A stretch of DNA of 63,446 nucleotides, counting the filler, from Octopus bimaculoides (Eukaryota): NCBI RefSeq assembly GCF_001194135.2. It is 3 parts of 3 records of this genome, joined end to end, with 100 filler letters (N's around TTAATTAATTAA, not from the genome) between each part and the next. Parts side by side here need not be neighbours in the genome. Positions count along the whole stretch, not along the records: positions 1 to 30,247 come from NC_068985.1; 2 more parts are not named here. One strand, 5' to 3'. Positions 1 through 12,279 of this stretch are shown here, piece by piece. A model generated the notes under the pieces. It saw nothing but the letters and a program-made list of their open reading frames with translations. It did not search any database and had not been told where the DNA came from. The position numbers were made by a program, and so were the translations under genes. How positions within the stretch are numbered: position 1 is the first letter of the stretch; each line of letters begins with the position of its first letter.

Positions 1-49
<49 letters not shown>

Positions 50-499
50 CATATATGTAGTGGATTTCAATTTTGTCTGGTTTTCAAAAGTATAAGTTTT
101 GAGGAATGTAATGTGTCGCAGATAGTATCGTTTCCACCCACTCTGTATAACTGAGAACATGGTTAGTAACATTGGTAAGCGAGTTTCCGCCATGCCATCA
201 TACCAAGTGGCATATTTCAATGCGTCTTCGTGATAAAATGACGTACTTCGTAATAGATGATTTTGCAAGCAGAACCGTTATTATGATCGTAGTGGAAATG
301 ATAGAGGTACATCTCGTAGAATAGGGATTGCAGAGGTTTTGTAGTTTAACCTGACACTCAACATGATCATTTAGACTAATGTAACTAGAAAATTTTAAAA
401 TTTAATATCAAGGCATTATTATAGAATTTATAAAAGAGGAACCCTGAAGGTTAGCTACTCATCTAGTAAAAACTTCGTCTCGTTCATTAACTTGCACAA

Positions 500-2850
500 T
501 GTTAGTATGCTGCAGACCTAAATGTAATTTCAAGAACGAGGCTAACGTAGATTCGCACCTCTCCTTGAAAAATGTTTTTCGGATTCCTAAGAAAGAACAT
601 ATAGAATAAGAGATAAAGGGTATGATGTGATATTGAAAGAATGGAAACAAAGTGTAGTAGCAATCAAAGCAAAACTGGGAAGATATTACAATAGAAAAAA
701 ACAATCCAGGCAAAACAGATTGCTTGAAGCAAATAAGGAGAAACTATTTCAGGAACTAGATGGGCAATTACACGTAACAATGATACCAGATGCAGAGGAA
801 AGCAGGAATTCCTGGAGAGGGATCTGGGACCAACCTGTAATGAATAAAGATGAAGCGGTGTGGCTGCATGAAATCCAAGATAGGTTAAGAAATATAGAAG
901 GCCGAGAAGACATAAAGATAATTATAGAAATGATAAAAAGCAGTTAAAAATATTCACAAATTGGAAGAGCCCAGGATCGGATGGGGTTGAAGGTCATTGG
1001 ATGAAGAAGCTGAGAGGGATTCATGAAGGGTAGCGCAATAGCTAGATGAGTGCTTGCAGAAAAGTGCAGTACCCAGCTGAATGACAAACGGAAAGACACT
1101 GTTGTGTGCCAAAGATCCTGAAAAGGGAAATGTTGCTTCCAACTTTAGACAAATAAACGTGTCTTCCGCTAATGTGGAAACTAATGTCAGGTGCGTTGGT
1201 CGGTGAACTATATAGATACTTAGAAAACAGTGGGCTGCTACCTATTGAACCCAAAGGGTGCCGAAAGAGGAGCCGAGGAACAAAGGATCAGCTCTTAATT
1301 GACAATCTAATTATCAAGAACTGCAAAAAAGAAGACATACAAACCTGAGCATGGCATGGGTTGACCTTCGTAAAGCATACGACATAATAAAACACTCATG
1401 GATATTAAAAACGAAGGAAATGTATGAAGTAGTAGAAAATATGAGAGGCCTTATACGGAATAGCATGAAGTGCTGGAGAACGGAATTGACAACTGATAAT
1501 CAAGTATTAGGAGAAGTGAAAATCAAGAGAGGTATCTTCCAAATGGACAGTGTATCCCCACTGATCTTCGTGCTGGGAATGATCTCCTTGAGTGAATTAT
1601 TACATAAAACAAAGTTTGGGTACGGTCTGAGAAGAGGTAAAGGAAAATAGAACCACTTACAATTCATGGACGACCTGAAGTTATTCACAAAAGCTGAGGC
1701 AGAACTGGACAGCCTAGTCCAGTCTGTGCTGATTTTCTTCAATGATATTAAGATGGAGTTTGGACTCTCAAAATGTGCTACGATGGTGATGAGACGAGGA
1801 AAGCTTTTCGGAACAGAAGGCATATGTTTGACAAGTGGTGAAATGATGAAGGTAATTCAACCGCAATCCAGCTATAAATAACTGGGAATACTTGAGGCAG
1901 ATGGAATCAAACAATGACATGAAGGGAAAGACAAAAAGATAGTACTTGTGATGAGTGAGAAAATATTGGCTTCAAAGCTAAATGCCAGAATCATAATTTC
2001 GGCAATAAATTCGCGCGTAGACTCAGTAGTTCGTTATGGCGCTGGAATCCTGAAGTGAACAGAGGAGGAACTGAAGGAGATGGACAGGAAGTCAAGAAAG
2101 CTTCTAGCGATTCATGGTGCCCATCATCCATGTGCGGACACTGATCGCCTATACATGAAGAGAGCAAATGGAAGAAGGGGACTGGTAAGTGTAGGAGACT
2201 GCGTGCGTATCGAACTCGAGAGCTTAATGAGATACCAAGGGGCATGCAGCATCAGCTATATAGTATATGTGGTGCCTCTTGTCCACCGCCACTAGGTCTG
2301 GTCTGTTATACTCTAGTACCTGATCTGTTTGGATTGGAAAATCCCAGAGGATTATGCTAGTCTCCGACTCCGTCACTCTCTGCGGTTTGTGCTCATACCA
2401 AAGTGAGGAAACCTTGCTAGTGACAGTTACGGCAGTTAGCCCAAAGTGAGGAAACCTTTCTAGTGGCAGTTAGGAACGAGGGAGTATTGAAAACAGAAAA
2501 AAAAAGGAAAAACAAAGGAAGAAGTTTAAAAAGGACATGACGAAGAATTACGCAAGAAGGGACTACGCAATCAATTCCATGCAGCCACAATAGAAGTTGC
2601 TGGAAAAAGTACGTGGGATTGGCTGATGAAAGGACCACTGAAAAAGGAGACCGAGTGTACTATACTGGCAGCGCAAGACCAAGTTTTGGACACGAACTGG
2701 AGGGTGAACCTTAGGAATGAGCAAGTGTCTCTGCAATGGAGTGGATGAAACTAATGCCCATATCATGAACGGATGCTCTAGACTTACCCGAAACCACTAC
2801 AAGTTGTGGCGACACGATCAGGTAGCGAAAGTGCTACATTTAACATTGTT
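500..2850 (+). mobile_element. Decayed R4/Dong-clade non-LTR retrotransposon (RT plus CCHC), 5'-truncated, RLE end missing at the 3' side
   Basis: Frame-broken RT motifs: [65 protein letters not shown], YKxLGI, DTDRLYMKRANGRRGL. Zinc-knuckle-like region ETNAHIMNGCSRL..RHDQVAKVLH near 2750-2840. Boundaries approximate. Confidence 0.9.
2239..2400 (-). mobile_element. Inverted RLE endonuclease fragment of an R4/Dong-like element nested inside the element above
   Basis: Reverse complement translates to WYEHKPQRVTESETSIILWDFPIQTDQVLEYNRPDLVAVDKRHHIYYIADAACP, the RPD..D core of a restriction-like endonuclease. Confidence 0.85.
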
Positions 2851-3107
2851 TGAAAATTAATCTAAAGATCTTAATTATTATTCTTCATTTGCCCGTTTTC
2901 ACCCTGTGCTGAAGGAGTAGTAAGGTGGTTTTTAGAGCCAACTGGCATCTATATTTAACGTGTTGGAGTGGGTAATTCGCTCTCTTTGATATAATTATCT
3001 ATATAATTATAAATTTAGTATGTAATATTGCCTACAAGGTTTTTATTTCAAGCTGACCACTTGATAAAATCATTAACGTGATTTTGTCCTTAATTCTCTC
3101 TCTCTCT

Positions 3108-3159
<52 letters not shown>

Positions 3160-3549
3160 GTAGGCGTATATTTATACACGTGTATTTGTATGAGTGTGTT
3201 TGTATATATTGATATACATTTTCCTCTACCCAAGTATGTTTAGCAATTGAACCCAACCTGTCTTATTTCGAATAATTTCTCACTATGTTTTTAATGTATA
3301 TAATACTTTCCTTTATACACTTTTGGATGCACATTTGTTCCTATTCACATTGTTTTCTCTGAACATCTCTGAACATCATTTTTTTGTACTAATTTTTTAC
3401 ACCCATGATATTGGATAAATTGAGTTAAGTCAGTCTTTATTTCGATCAGACTGATTTTTTTTTGCTCTGTCTGTGTATTCAGGCTTTGTTCTTTTCTCTT
3501 TTTCATTTCCCTATCTCAAGAGAGTGGTCTGTGCTTAAGAATTTGTTAC

Positions 3550-4170
3550 GTAACCACTTGGAACGTACGAAGTAAATGCATTCGAAACTTCTGTAATTTC
3601 TTTTGTGAATATTCTAATATCATACGACTCATAGTAATAAAAATCTTGCCTATTCCTGCTTGGATAATATGGTTATAACGTTTCAAGAGTATATAGAAGT
3701 GGAGTATTGATCTGGTTACAGAGTCAAAAATATCTGGTAAATTATATATATATGTATATAAATATAATAAACACATACTTATAAAGTTTAAGTGTATGTT
3801 GAAAAGTGTAGAAGCAAACATAGTATAGGTAGTCACGAAGTAGTGCTCAGATAAATCCGGAACTTGAACTCCAGCTCCTTCATGCAGCGCAGCTAGCTTC
3901 AGTGTAACAAGACGGTCATAAGGACGATATTCGTTGAGTGGATACTGAAACAAAAGAGGCAGATAAACAAAAGTAAGTGTTAGGATTGTATTACATGGAA
4001 ATTTGCATATACGAATATATAAATACATGAATGATGTAATCAATCCTCATGTTTATAAGTGTTTTACAAAAAGACTGACTTGTGCCATAACCATTGATAT
4101 TATGTTATAAGGACCAACAACACTGTGCCTGTAATAAAGGTCTAGTAAAATTGTGTAGATTTTGAGAAAT
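3550..4170 (-). CDS. Candidate three-exon coding segment, product unknown (exons 4170-4080, 3944-3779, 3733 to about 3550)
   Basis: Splice sites tttcacAG/GTcagt, cttttgtttcAG/GTatgt, aatttaccAG/possible GTaaca. Phases match (2-0, 0-1, 1-). Spliced product: FLKIYTILLDLYYRHSVVGPYNIISMVMAQYPLNEYRPYDRLVTLKLAALHEGAGVQVPDLSEHYFVTTYTMFASTLFNIHLNFINIFDSVTRSILHFYILLKRYNHIIQAGIGKIF... No homologue recognised; the second intron is only 45 nt. Confidence 0.4.
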
Positions 4171-5212
4171 CTGTGAAACGAAATCATGTTACCCTTTTCA
4201 GAACACTCTGACGGACAGAGTAACATAGAACAGTGTTTATAGCATAAAATTGAGGAAGAAGAGAAAGACAAACTGTCCAAGGTACATAGTCCATTGCTAC
4301 TAATTAGGAAATTGTGCTGAAATGAAAATTTTAAAGACATGGGAAAAGAATCTTTAGGATCCATATACACTGGTATCCGTTCGAAATGGAAATGTAGAGG
4401 AGGCCGATTCTGCATCCCTGGATGTCATGCAGTCCGTAAGGGCACATAACTAGTTTGTAAGCGCAGGATTTCGTTGAGATAATAAAATTGCAGTGTATAA
4501 AATGCGAGGGCTTCAAGTTACACATATATTCGTTAATGGTCACCATTTGTAACATGTACGCTATAAGCTGCATATCTTTCTCATTTCACTTCTCTGAAGG
4601 TTAGTCATCAGTTTAACAAAAGAATGAATTAGTCGGTAAAAGAGAAATTGAGGTCTCAATTTATCATATTGAATTTATTGTTAAAATATTTATATCGGAC
4701 ATGGCCGTCTGTTAGAGGACTATAAGAAAAAGAAGTTAAAGTTTGTAAAGAGATGTTCTTGTTGATTTGTCCGGGTGTTATATGTGATAGACAAGTGTAA
4801 CCGATTTAATCTAAATACTTAATATTTGTGAATGAGAATATGTGAAAGAGAGAGAAAGAGAGGCTAGGAAGGAGCAAGATGCATCATCCAGTTCCGGGTT
4901 TTAGATTTAAGTTAGTAGCAGCTCAGACTGTTTGAGCCACAGAATCTCATTGTCAAAACAGCAACTGATACCGAACGACGACGAGCGTGAACACTCGGCT
5001 GCAAGCGTTTGTTTTGACAAAAGCTTGCATTCAAGTTCACAGAACCGTAGTCAGAAAACTGTTCAGGTTAATGATGACAGCATTAAATGATTATATGTGC
5101 GTTTGAAAAACCTTAAAGGTCAGCCTTCGTAGATGTCAGCCAATTTGTGCCCAATTTACCAAAAGTTTCCAGTTTATCGAAAATATCAAGCCTCGGTTTC
5201 ACTTTTTGCAGT

Positions 5213-5320
5213 TACTGACAGAATTGTTAGCACGCCGGACAAACATTTTAGCGGCATTTCTACCGGCTCTTTACTCTCTGAATTCAAATTCCATCGAGGT
5301 TGATTTTGCATTTCATCACT
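5213..5320 (+). mobile_element. SINE family A, partial and diverged
   Basis: gacagaattgttagcacgccgg...gaattcaaattccatcgaggttgattttgcatttcatc matches the copy at 10880. Confidence 0.75.
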
Positions 5321-5589
5321 ACTGTTTCGATAAAACAAGTACCAGTCAAACAATGGCGTCGATGTAATGGACTGTCTCTTTCCCCTAAGATTGCTGGCCT
5401 TGAGACAAAATTAGAAAGCATTTTAGAAGCAACATGCTACATTCTTACATACACACACGCGCACACACACACGCGCGCACCCACACTTACACACCCACAT
5501 TCATACCCATATAGTTTGTACACACACATACATATAGTATTCATGTGTATATATGCTATGTATGTTTCTCGTTTTCTCTCTCTCGTTCT

Positions 5590-5659
<70 letters not shown>

Positions 5660-6789
5660 CATATACGCCTTATAATTATATGATTTCCTTAACACTTACT
5701 ATATTTTAGCGTCTCTTAGCTTATCTGATATTATCGATTATTTCTATAAATAGAGTAATAAAAATGCTCCCATATATCTTAAGAGTGCAAAAGTAGACAC
5801 CTGTGCACTTCCAATTATTTTCTACAATCATACAATATTTTACCATCATGGCTACTCTGTTGTGAATCTTTTTCTCCTAACGTGTATTACTTTCTCACAC
5901 ATTTAAATCTAACAAACCTTAATTGGTATGGCCATGATAACCGTTTTTCAAAAATCCCTTACCTAGCAATAAAATATACTTTTATATATTACCCAGAGCC
6001 ACACATTACCGGATACACATCTCCAATCCTGTTGATTTAATCGCTACAATTATCTTGCAAATAATTATTCTCCTTTTTTCTTCTTTTTGAACGTTTATTT
6101 TTACCATTAGACAATTTTTTGTTTAAATTACGAGTGTATTGATTTGGTACATTTCTAGTCCATCTTCGTCACACCATTTTCAATTTTTAAGGTTTAAACA
6201 AAGTAGACTTTTAAAGCTTAATAGTTAATACATGATGAGAATGTAAAGGTATTGTATTGTTTTTATTCCAGAGTCCACCATGTAACAGTTTCAGTTGCTA
6301 CTGTTAAACTTGTAAATCAATATTTCCAACACGAAAGCGGATCGAAAATGCTGTAATGTGCTTCCTAAATTATAATACATAAACTTTGCTGTAACGTGGT
6401 ATATACATGTGTATGTATTCGTATGTGTGATGCTTTGTATATATAAGCAAGCTTTTCAAAATTTGTGTATTTAACAAACAACACCTTGTGTTCAGTTTCC
6501 TATACGCCCATCACGACTAGATCGAATTTACGTGTATATTTTATGAAATAGACAAAATAAGCATCAACTCGGGTTGATATGACTGAGTAAAATTCTTGAA
6601 ATCAGTACTCCAGTATGGATCAGTAAAAGAATAAAAGAATATAGATCTATGGAAATTTAAAAAGAAAATAGAGATGCTATGCGATAAATAGCTGAGCTAT
6701 TTCGATAAAAAAAAGTGTTTATTGAATGAAAATTTCATGAAAATCAAACAAAATTAGCATAAATAAATACTAAAAAGCTGCACCAGCCA

Positions 6790-7230
6790 CTAAATTGAGA
6801 CAGAAACATTTTATTTAAAACTTATTTTTATAGTCGTTCAAAACCGCCATAGATTTACCAACGTTTTGACTTTGAGGTATTTTTATTATATTAAAGATGT
6901 TAACGACTTTCTGAATAATTTATGAAACGTAACAGGAAAAGTATCAGTTTTAGTCTCTTTTATGTCAACCATTTTTTCCCAACATTACTATAGTCTATGA
7001 TAAGAAGCAATTGGACAGATATATTTTCTAACTAATCTAAAAGTAAATGAAGCACAAACTCGATAATCGTACAGATTATTTGATATTTTGGTCAACAGCT
7101 ATTTCTGTCCCTTAAAGAAATTTCACAACCAAATGTGACAAAACATTTGATAGAATTTTCGAGCAATACTGAAGTATACTTGGAAATATTTTTGGGTGAT
7201 TGACGTGTTCTATGGATTAAATCAAGAGAA
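6790..7230 (+). pseudogene. Possible highly decayed hAT (Buster/Charlie-like) transposase fragment
   Basis: LFLSLKEISQPNVTKHLIEFSSNTEVYLEIFLGD*RVLWIK resembles the HL..L...F..YF....WI pattern of Buster-type transposases; upstream YIKDVNDFLNNL is weakly similar. Recognised by eye only. Confidence 0.3.
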
Positions 7231-7845
7231 GGAGTGAAAATGTTTTAGTTCTTCCTTCTTAAGACATCGGCCACTGGCATTCCCACTGTAGTCATCAACT
7301 TAAGAAGTTTAGCTACATCGATCTCAAAGAATACGGAGAACCTACAAAAACATGAGATTTACTTACTGTAGAACAAACCAATTAAACAACTTCACATTCA
7401 CTTCCGCCAATATTTTGCCCTGAGTTTTCAACCCTGACTGTTTAAAGCAAGAGCATATGTTTTCATTCAAATATGGCAAACATTAAACAGGTCTCATCAC
7501 GATATATCTAGAATAGACTGTAGAATCTATGCTTAAAAAATTCTATTCTGCATATATCTTCCAATTTTAGAGTTCATGTTTACGAGGCATAATTTGCGAC
7601 ACTAACAACATGCTGCATTAAACCCGAGTGAAATAGAGTTCATTTAACGAGATACCTCTTATTACGTTACCTGACTTGACGCTTCTGAACCGAGGGATGC
7701 ACTGCAACTAGTTATATAGTTTCCCTCCCGCGAGGGATCGATACAACATGTGTCATGTGTCGAAACAATCGTTATGAGCAATAAAATTTTCCGTGTATTC
7801 CATTTTCCGTTTCTATAATTTGTTTTATATATATATATATATATA

Positions 7846-7950
7846 CAGTAATCCCTCGACTATCGTGGGTGTTACGTTCCAAAACCTCCTACAGAAATAA
7901 CAAAAATCTAAAAAAATATAAATACCTATCGGCCGCAGAAACCCGCGATG
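7846..7950 (+). mobile_element. Left end of a pogo/Tigger-like MITE
   Basis: TA-CAGTAATCCCTCGACTATCG after an (AT)n run resembles Tigger-type TIRs; no matching right end found. Confidence 0.4.
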
Positions 7951-8182
7951 TGTGTGTGTGTGTGTTTGTGTGTGTCTGTGTGTGTGTGTGTGTGTGTGAA
8001 AGCGCGCGCGCGCGCGCGTGTGTATGACAAGGTATACATAATGGTCATTACCTATTTTTCTTTATTGCAGTAAAATTGACTTACAGATGTTTCCAGTAGT
8101 CATTATAGGTTTGTTATTGATAAGTTTATTCAGTCGGTTAATTGACCGGTTGACAAAAATTGAACGACCTAAAAAGCTAATG

Positions 8183-8222
<40 letters not shown>

Positions 8223-9207
8223 NNNNNNNNNNNNNNNNNNNNNNNNNNNNNNNNNNNNNNNNNNNNNNNNNNNNNNNNNNNNNNNNNNNNNNNNNNNNNN
8301 NNNNNNNNNNNNNNNNNNNNNNNNNNNNNNNNNNNNNNNNNNNNNNNNNNNNNNNNNNNNNNNNNNGTTTCTGTACTGAATCGGGGTACTCATTTCAGTT
8401 GATTCATCTTGATCAACGTGAAACAAGGAATAAAAAAATAACATCGTGATAATATTTTCACACAGAAAATGATGTACGAAGATTACCTGTTTATAACATG
8501 AATGGTTTATATCAGATTCATAATATGCAATTATCATGTTTAAATTGAACAGCGCAGGAAATAGGAAAAATATACAACCTTACAAACACGTTTCTATAAT
8601 AAAGACGATAGAGAAATGAGAAATAAAGGAGTTACTTTCAAAAGCCCAACAGTAGACATAACATTTCAAAGTTGAACAATTAAACATCCCAGGAAGTATA
8701 ATATTTGATGGATAGAAAGAAATTCATTTAACTGTCGAAGATACAAGCAATAAAAAAGAAATATCTAAAATAAATATATGAAGAGTGCTCTAAGCAGTTC
8801 CTACTGTCAGACATTTTAACTGTTGGTAAATCAAATATGACATACGCTGGTTTACCGTACAGAAAGATATTACTTAATATCTCAGATTCAGACATTTCTG
8901 AGAAAATTAAATGTTATATAACTTTTAACGACTAGACATGAATATTATTTACAAATTGAAAACTTTAGAGACTATCTTTATCATCTTAATTACTCTGAAG
9001 CTGGAAATATATTTTTGATAAATACAAATTGAAACTTGTTAGATATGGATAAATGAAATTATTTTTGTTTCAAAGCTATTTCAGTATTAATTTCCTTTAG
9101 GTATAAAAGTAATTCTCCTTCTCTCACTCTTTCGCTCGCTCACTGTTGCCCACGCAGAACCCCACAATTCCTTTTCTGTCTAAGTCTCTCCCTCTCACTT
9201 ACACACA

Positions 9208-9266
<59 letters not shown>

Positions 9267-9284
9267 CTGTGTATGTATGTTTAT

Positions 9285-9315
<31 letters not shown>

Positions 9316-9399
9316 AGTATATATACACAGCCTAATACATAATATACATCTTATATATATATAATACATATTATATATTTATATAGATATTGTGTTATA

Positions 9400-10411
9400 T
9401 ATATTTATATCGTGGCATTTATATCGTTCATTTTGGTAGTTCATTTTGGACATTACTCTAACTATGGCAACTTTCAAAGAATCTTTGGCGTTATGGGCGT
9501 GTTCATTTACCTCTCTCCCAACAACGCTCCATATGTAATAGATTGAGATCTGGGGGATTAGGATGTTAGGGGTTATGTGATCATGAAAATTTTCAGCCAT
9601 CCATTCCTCTGTTACTAGAACCATGTGTGATATTGCAGAGTCCTACTGAAACACATATGGCCTTCCATTGTACACACTGTCTATCCAGAGCTTAACAATT
9701 ATTTCCAGGACCTCAATGTAGGTGGCAGTTAATTCTAAGGCCTTGTGGAAAGAAGTAAGGAGGCATCACATATTCTTCATTGCTGACAACCAATAAAACC
9801 ATGACAGTTACAGGAAATTTTGTATGCATAACACTCGAAACTTCAGAAGGGTCTGTACATAACCATCTGCCATCTCTTCTGTTAAGTTTTTGATCTTGTC
9901 CGAAGTTTTTCTCGTTTGAGGAAAAACTAAATCTGCTGGATTTTCAGTTTGTTTAAGAGCTTTTTAGATCTGATGTAATGATTTTCTTTTGCTTTTTCTG
10001 ACAAATTGACCTTTCCTCATCATATAAGACTTATATCTGATGTCTTCGTGGATAACATTTCTGACTATTCCTTCTGACACATGGAGGTCTTTTGCAATTG
10101 ATCTCATGGACTTTCTCGGATTGTAATCAATGATCTGTTGAACTTGCTGGATAAATTTTTTGATACTGGTGATGTTTCCATCTTCCGTCTCTAGCTCCTT
10201 ACAAACTTTGCAGACGAAAGATCTGGCAACTTCTAAAAATCGAGATATTTCTAAATCGCTATGCTTAGCCTTTAGAACAGCATGCCTCTTCATTTCTTGA
10301 GTAAGCTGAGGGTCTGCCATTATTATTTTCTGAAACAAAGATTATACAGAGTTAGCAAAAAATGCAGCAATGACCCAAAAATGTACGTCCTCAAATACCT
10401 TACGCACCCTG
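9400..10411 (-). mobile_element. Decayed maT (DD37D) mariner-like transposon
   Basis: PRKSMRSIAKDLHVSEGIVRNVIHEDIRYKSYMMRKGQF; INxxTYIEVLEIIVKLWIDSVYNGRPYVFQ*DSA; WSVVGREVNEHAHNAKDSLKVAIVRVMSKM. 5' TIR TA-CAGGGTGCG at 10411. Confidence 0.88.
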
Positions 10412-10879
10412 TATATATATCTTGTGTGTAAAGTTACATGTATGACTACTACTCTATGAATTAGAGCTCCGAGTAGAATATCATTACCCAGTCAGCTTAA
10501 AATATAATGATTTGTCTACCCCTGTACGTAGCATTATTGCTAGTTATGATATACAGAACATGTGTAGTGGAAAATTAAGATAAACTCAAGTAACAGAACG
10601 CAACGAAGTGTTTCTCTGACGATCCATTGCGGCTAGGCATCCATATGTACATTGAACTTCCAATGCTGAATTCGAAATAACGTATGTATGTGTTTGTGTG
10701 TGTATGTTTGTGTGCGCGCGCACACATGCACACACACTCACACACAGGCACAGACACACACAGTCATACACAGATACACGCACAAACACTCGTACATACA
10801 AGCGCACACACAAGCACATACACATGCATGCTCATATATTTGTGTGTATTATAGTTTTCCATGTAATATGTGTATCTGA

Positions 10880-11114
10880 GGGCGGTGAGCTGGCAGAATC
10901 GTTAGCACGCCGGGCGAAATGTTTAGCGGTATTTCGTCTGCCGTTACGTTCTGAGTTCAAGTTCCACCGAGGTCAACTTTGCCTTTCATCCTTTCAGGGT
11001 CGATTAAATAAGTATCAGTTACACACTGGGGTCGATGTAATCGACTTAACCTCTCTGTCTGGTCTTGTCTGTCCCCTCTATGTTTAGCCCCTTGTGGGCA
11101 ATAAAGAAATAAAT
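10880..11114 (+). mobile_element. Full-length tRNA-derived SINE family A
   Basis: A-box-like ggcggtgagctggcagaa, B-box-like gagttcaagttcc, central ggggtcgat..aatcgac core, A-rich tail; many copies in this window. Confidence 0.85.
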
Positions 11115-11984
11115 ATATGTGTGTCTGTGTGTGTCGGGCGGAGAGGATTGAAACTGTTGAAACCTCTCACACTGCTTTGAAATGTCAGCATTACGAAAAC
11201 ATTTTTCTATTATATAACGCTTAATTACAAATGAGAGGATATCACTGGGAAGTTATAAAAGAATTAACATTGAATGACAGCACTGCTTAGTTTAACAAGA
11301 AGTATAATGATGATTAAACGTTAATTGTTTCCGTTTATTTAAGCACTTATGACAAACTAAAAAGAGATTTTAAAAAAAATTGTTTCGGTGATGTAAATAT
11401 AAACAGTAAAAATTCAAATTTATTTTATGTAATCATTGACTATCCAGAACAGCATAAAAATAAATGTCAGTTTTAAAAACATTTAAAAGCATAAATATAT
11501 CTTTAATAAAATGGAATGTGCTTTGAAGATGTAGAACAAAAAGAAAAACAGAAAACAAAAAACGTCATTTAGTTGGATACATCTCGAGTACGTGAAGTCT
11601 CCCATATAGGAATCACGTAGAGGAAACATTTAGTCTATAAGTTTAATGATCAAATTATTTAATTTTTACAGTCCATTTCGGCTTGTATAGTTGTGTAATA
11701 GATTAAAGATCATAAATGAAATAGTTATATATGTGTATATAATATGTGCGCGTTATATATATATATTAATATNNNNNNNNNNNNNNNNNNNNNNNNNNNN
11801 NNNNNNNNNNNNNNNNNNNNNNNNNNNNNNNNNNNNNNNNNNNNNNNNNNNNNNNNNNNNNNNNNNNNNNNNNNNNNNNNNNNNNNNNNNNNNNNNNNNN
11901 NNNNNNNNNNNNNNNNNNNNNNNNNNNNNNNNNNNNNNNNNNNNNNNNNNNNNNNNNNNNNNNNNNNNNNNNNNNNNNNTATAT

Positions 11985-12030
<46 letters not shown>

Positions 12031-12279
12031 ATAGCGCTTGCCTAGTAAGGAGGGTGGCTTTCGTTAGATACCTGCAGGACGAAAAATAAAACCTGTTAAA
12101 GGTCGGATGAAGTCAGTAGAGTCAACGATCATTCAGTTATATGAGTCGTTGATATTTCAGTTCTCTCTTAGTGTTGATAACATGTAATCCAGTACAACAT
12201 GCTTCATGGTCGCACCGTCGGCGATTAAACCGGCAACCTGACCAAGCGCTTTCTTGGTTAGGAGGGCGGACTCTGCAGG

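Noticed and set aside
4171-6271. Other 22-26-nt GT..AG segments (4192-4171 minus, 4272-4297 plus, 6249-6271 plus; also 57656-57681 plus)
   Set aside because: They lie on conflicting strands and splicing them gives early stops or breaks the better exon model; expected by chance in AT-rich DNA.
10880-10975. tRNA-like A/B boxes at SINE heads
   Set aside because: No complete cloverleaf, and they continue into SINE bodies, so not tRNA genes.
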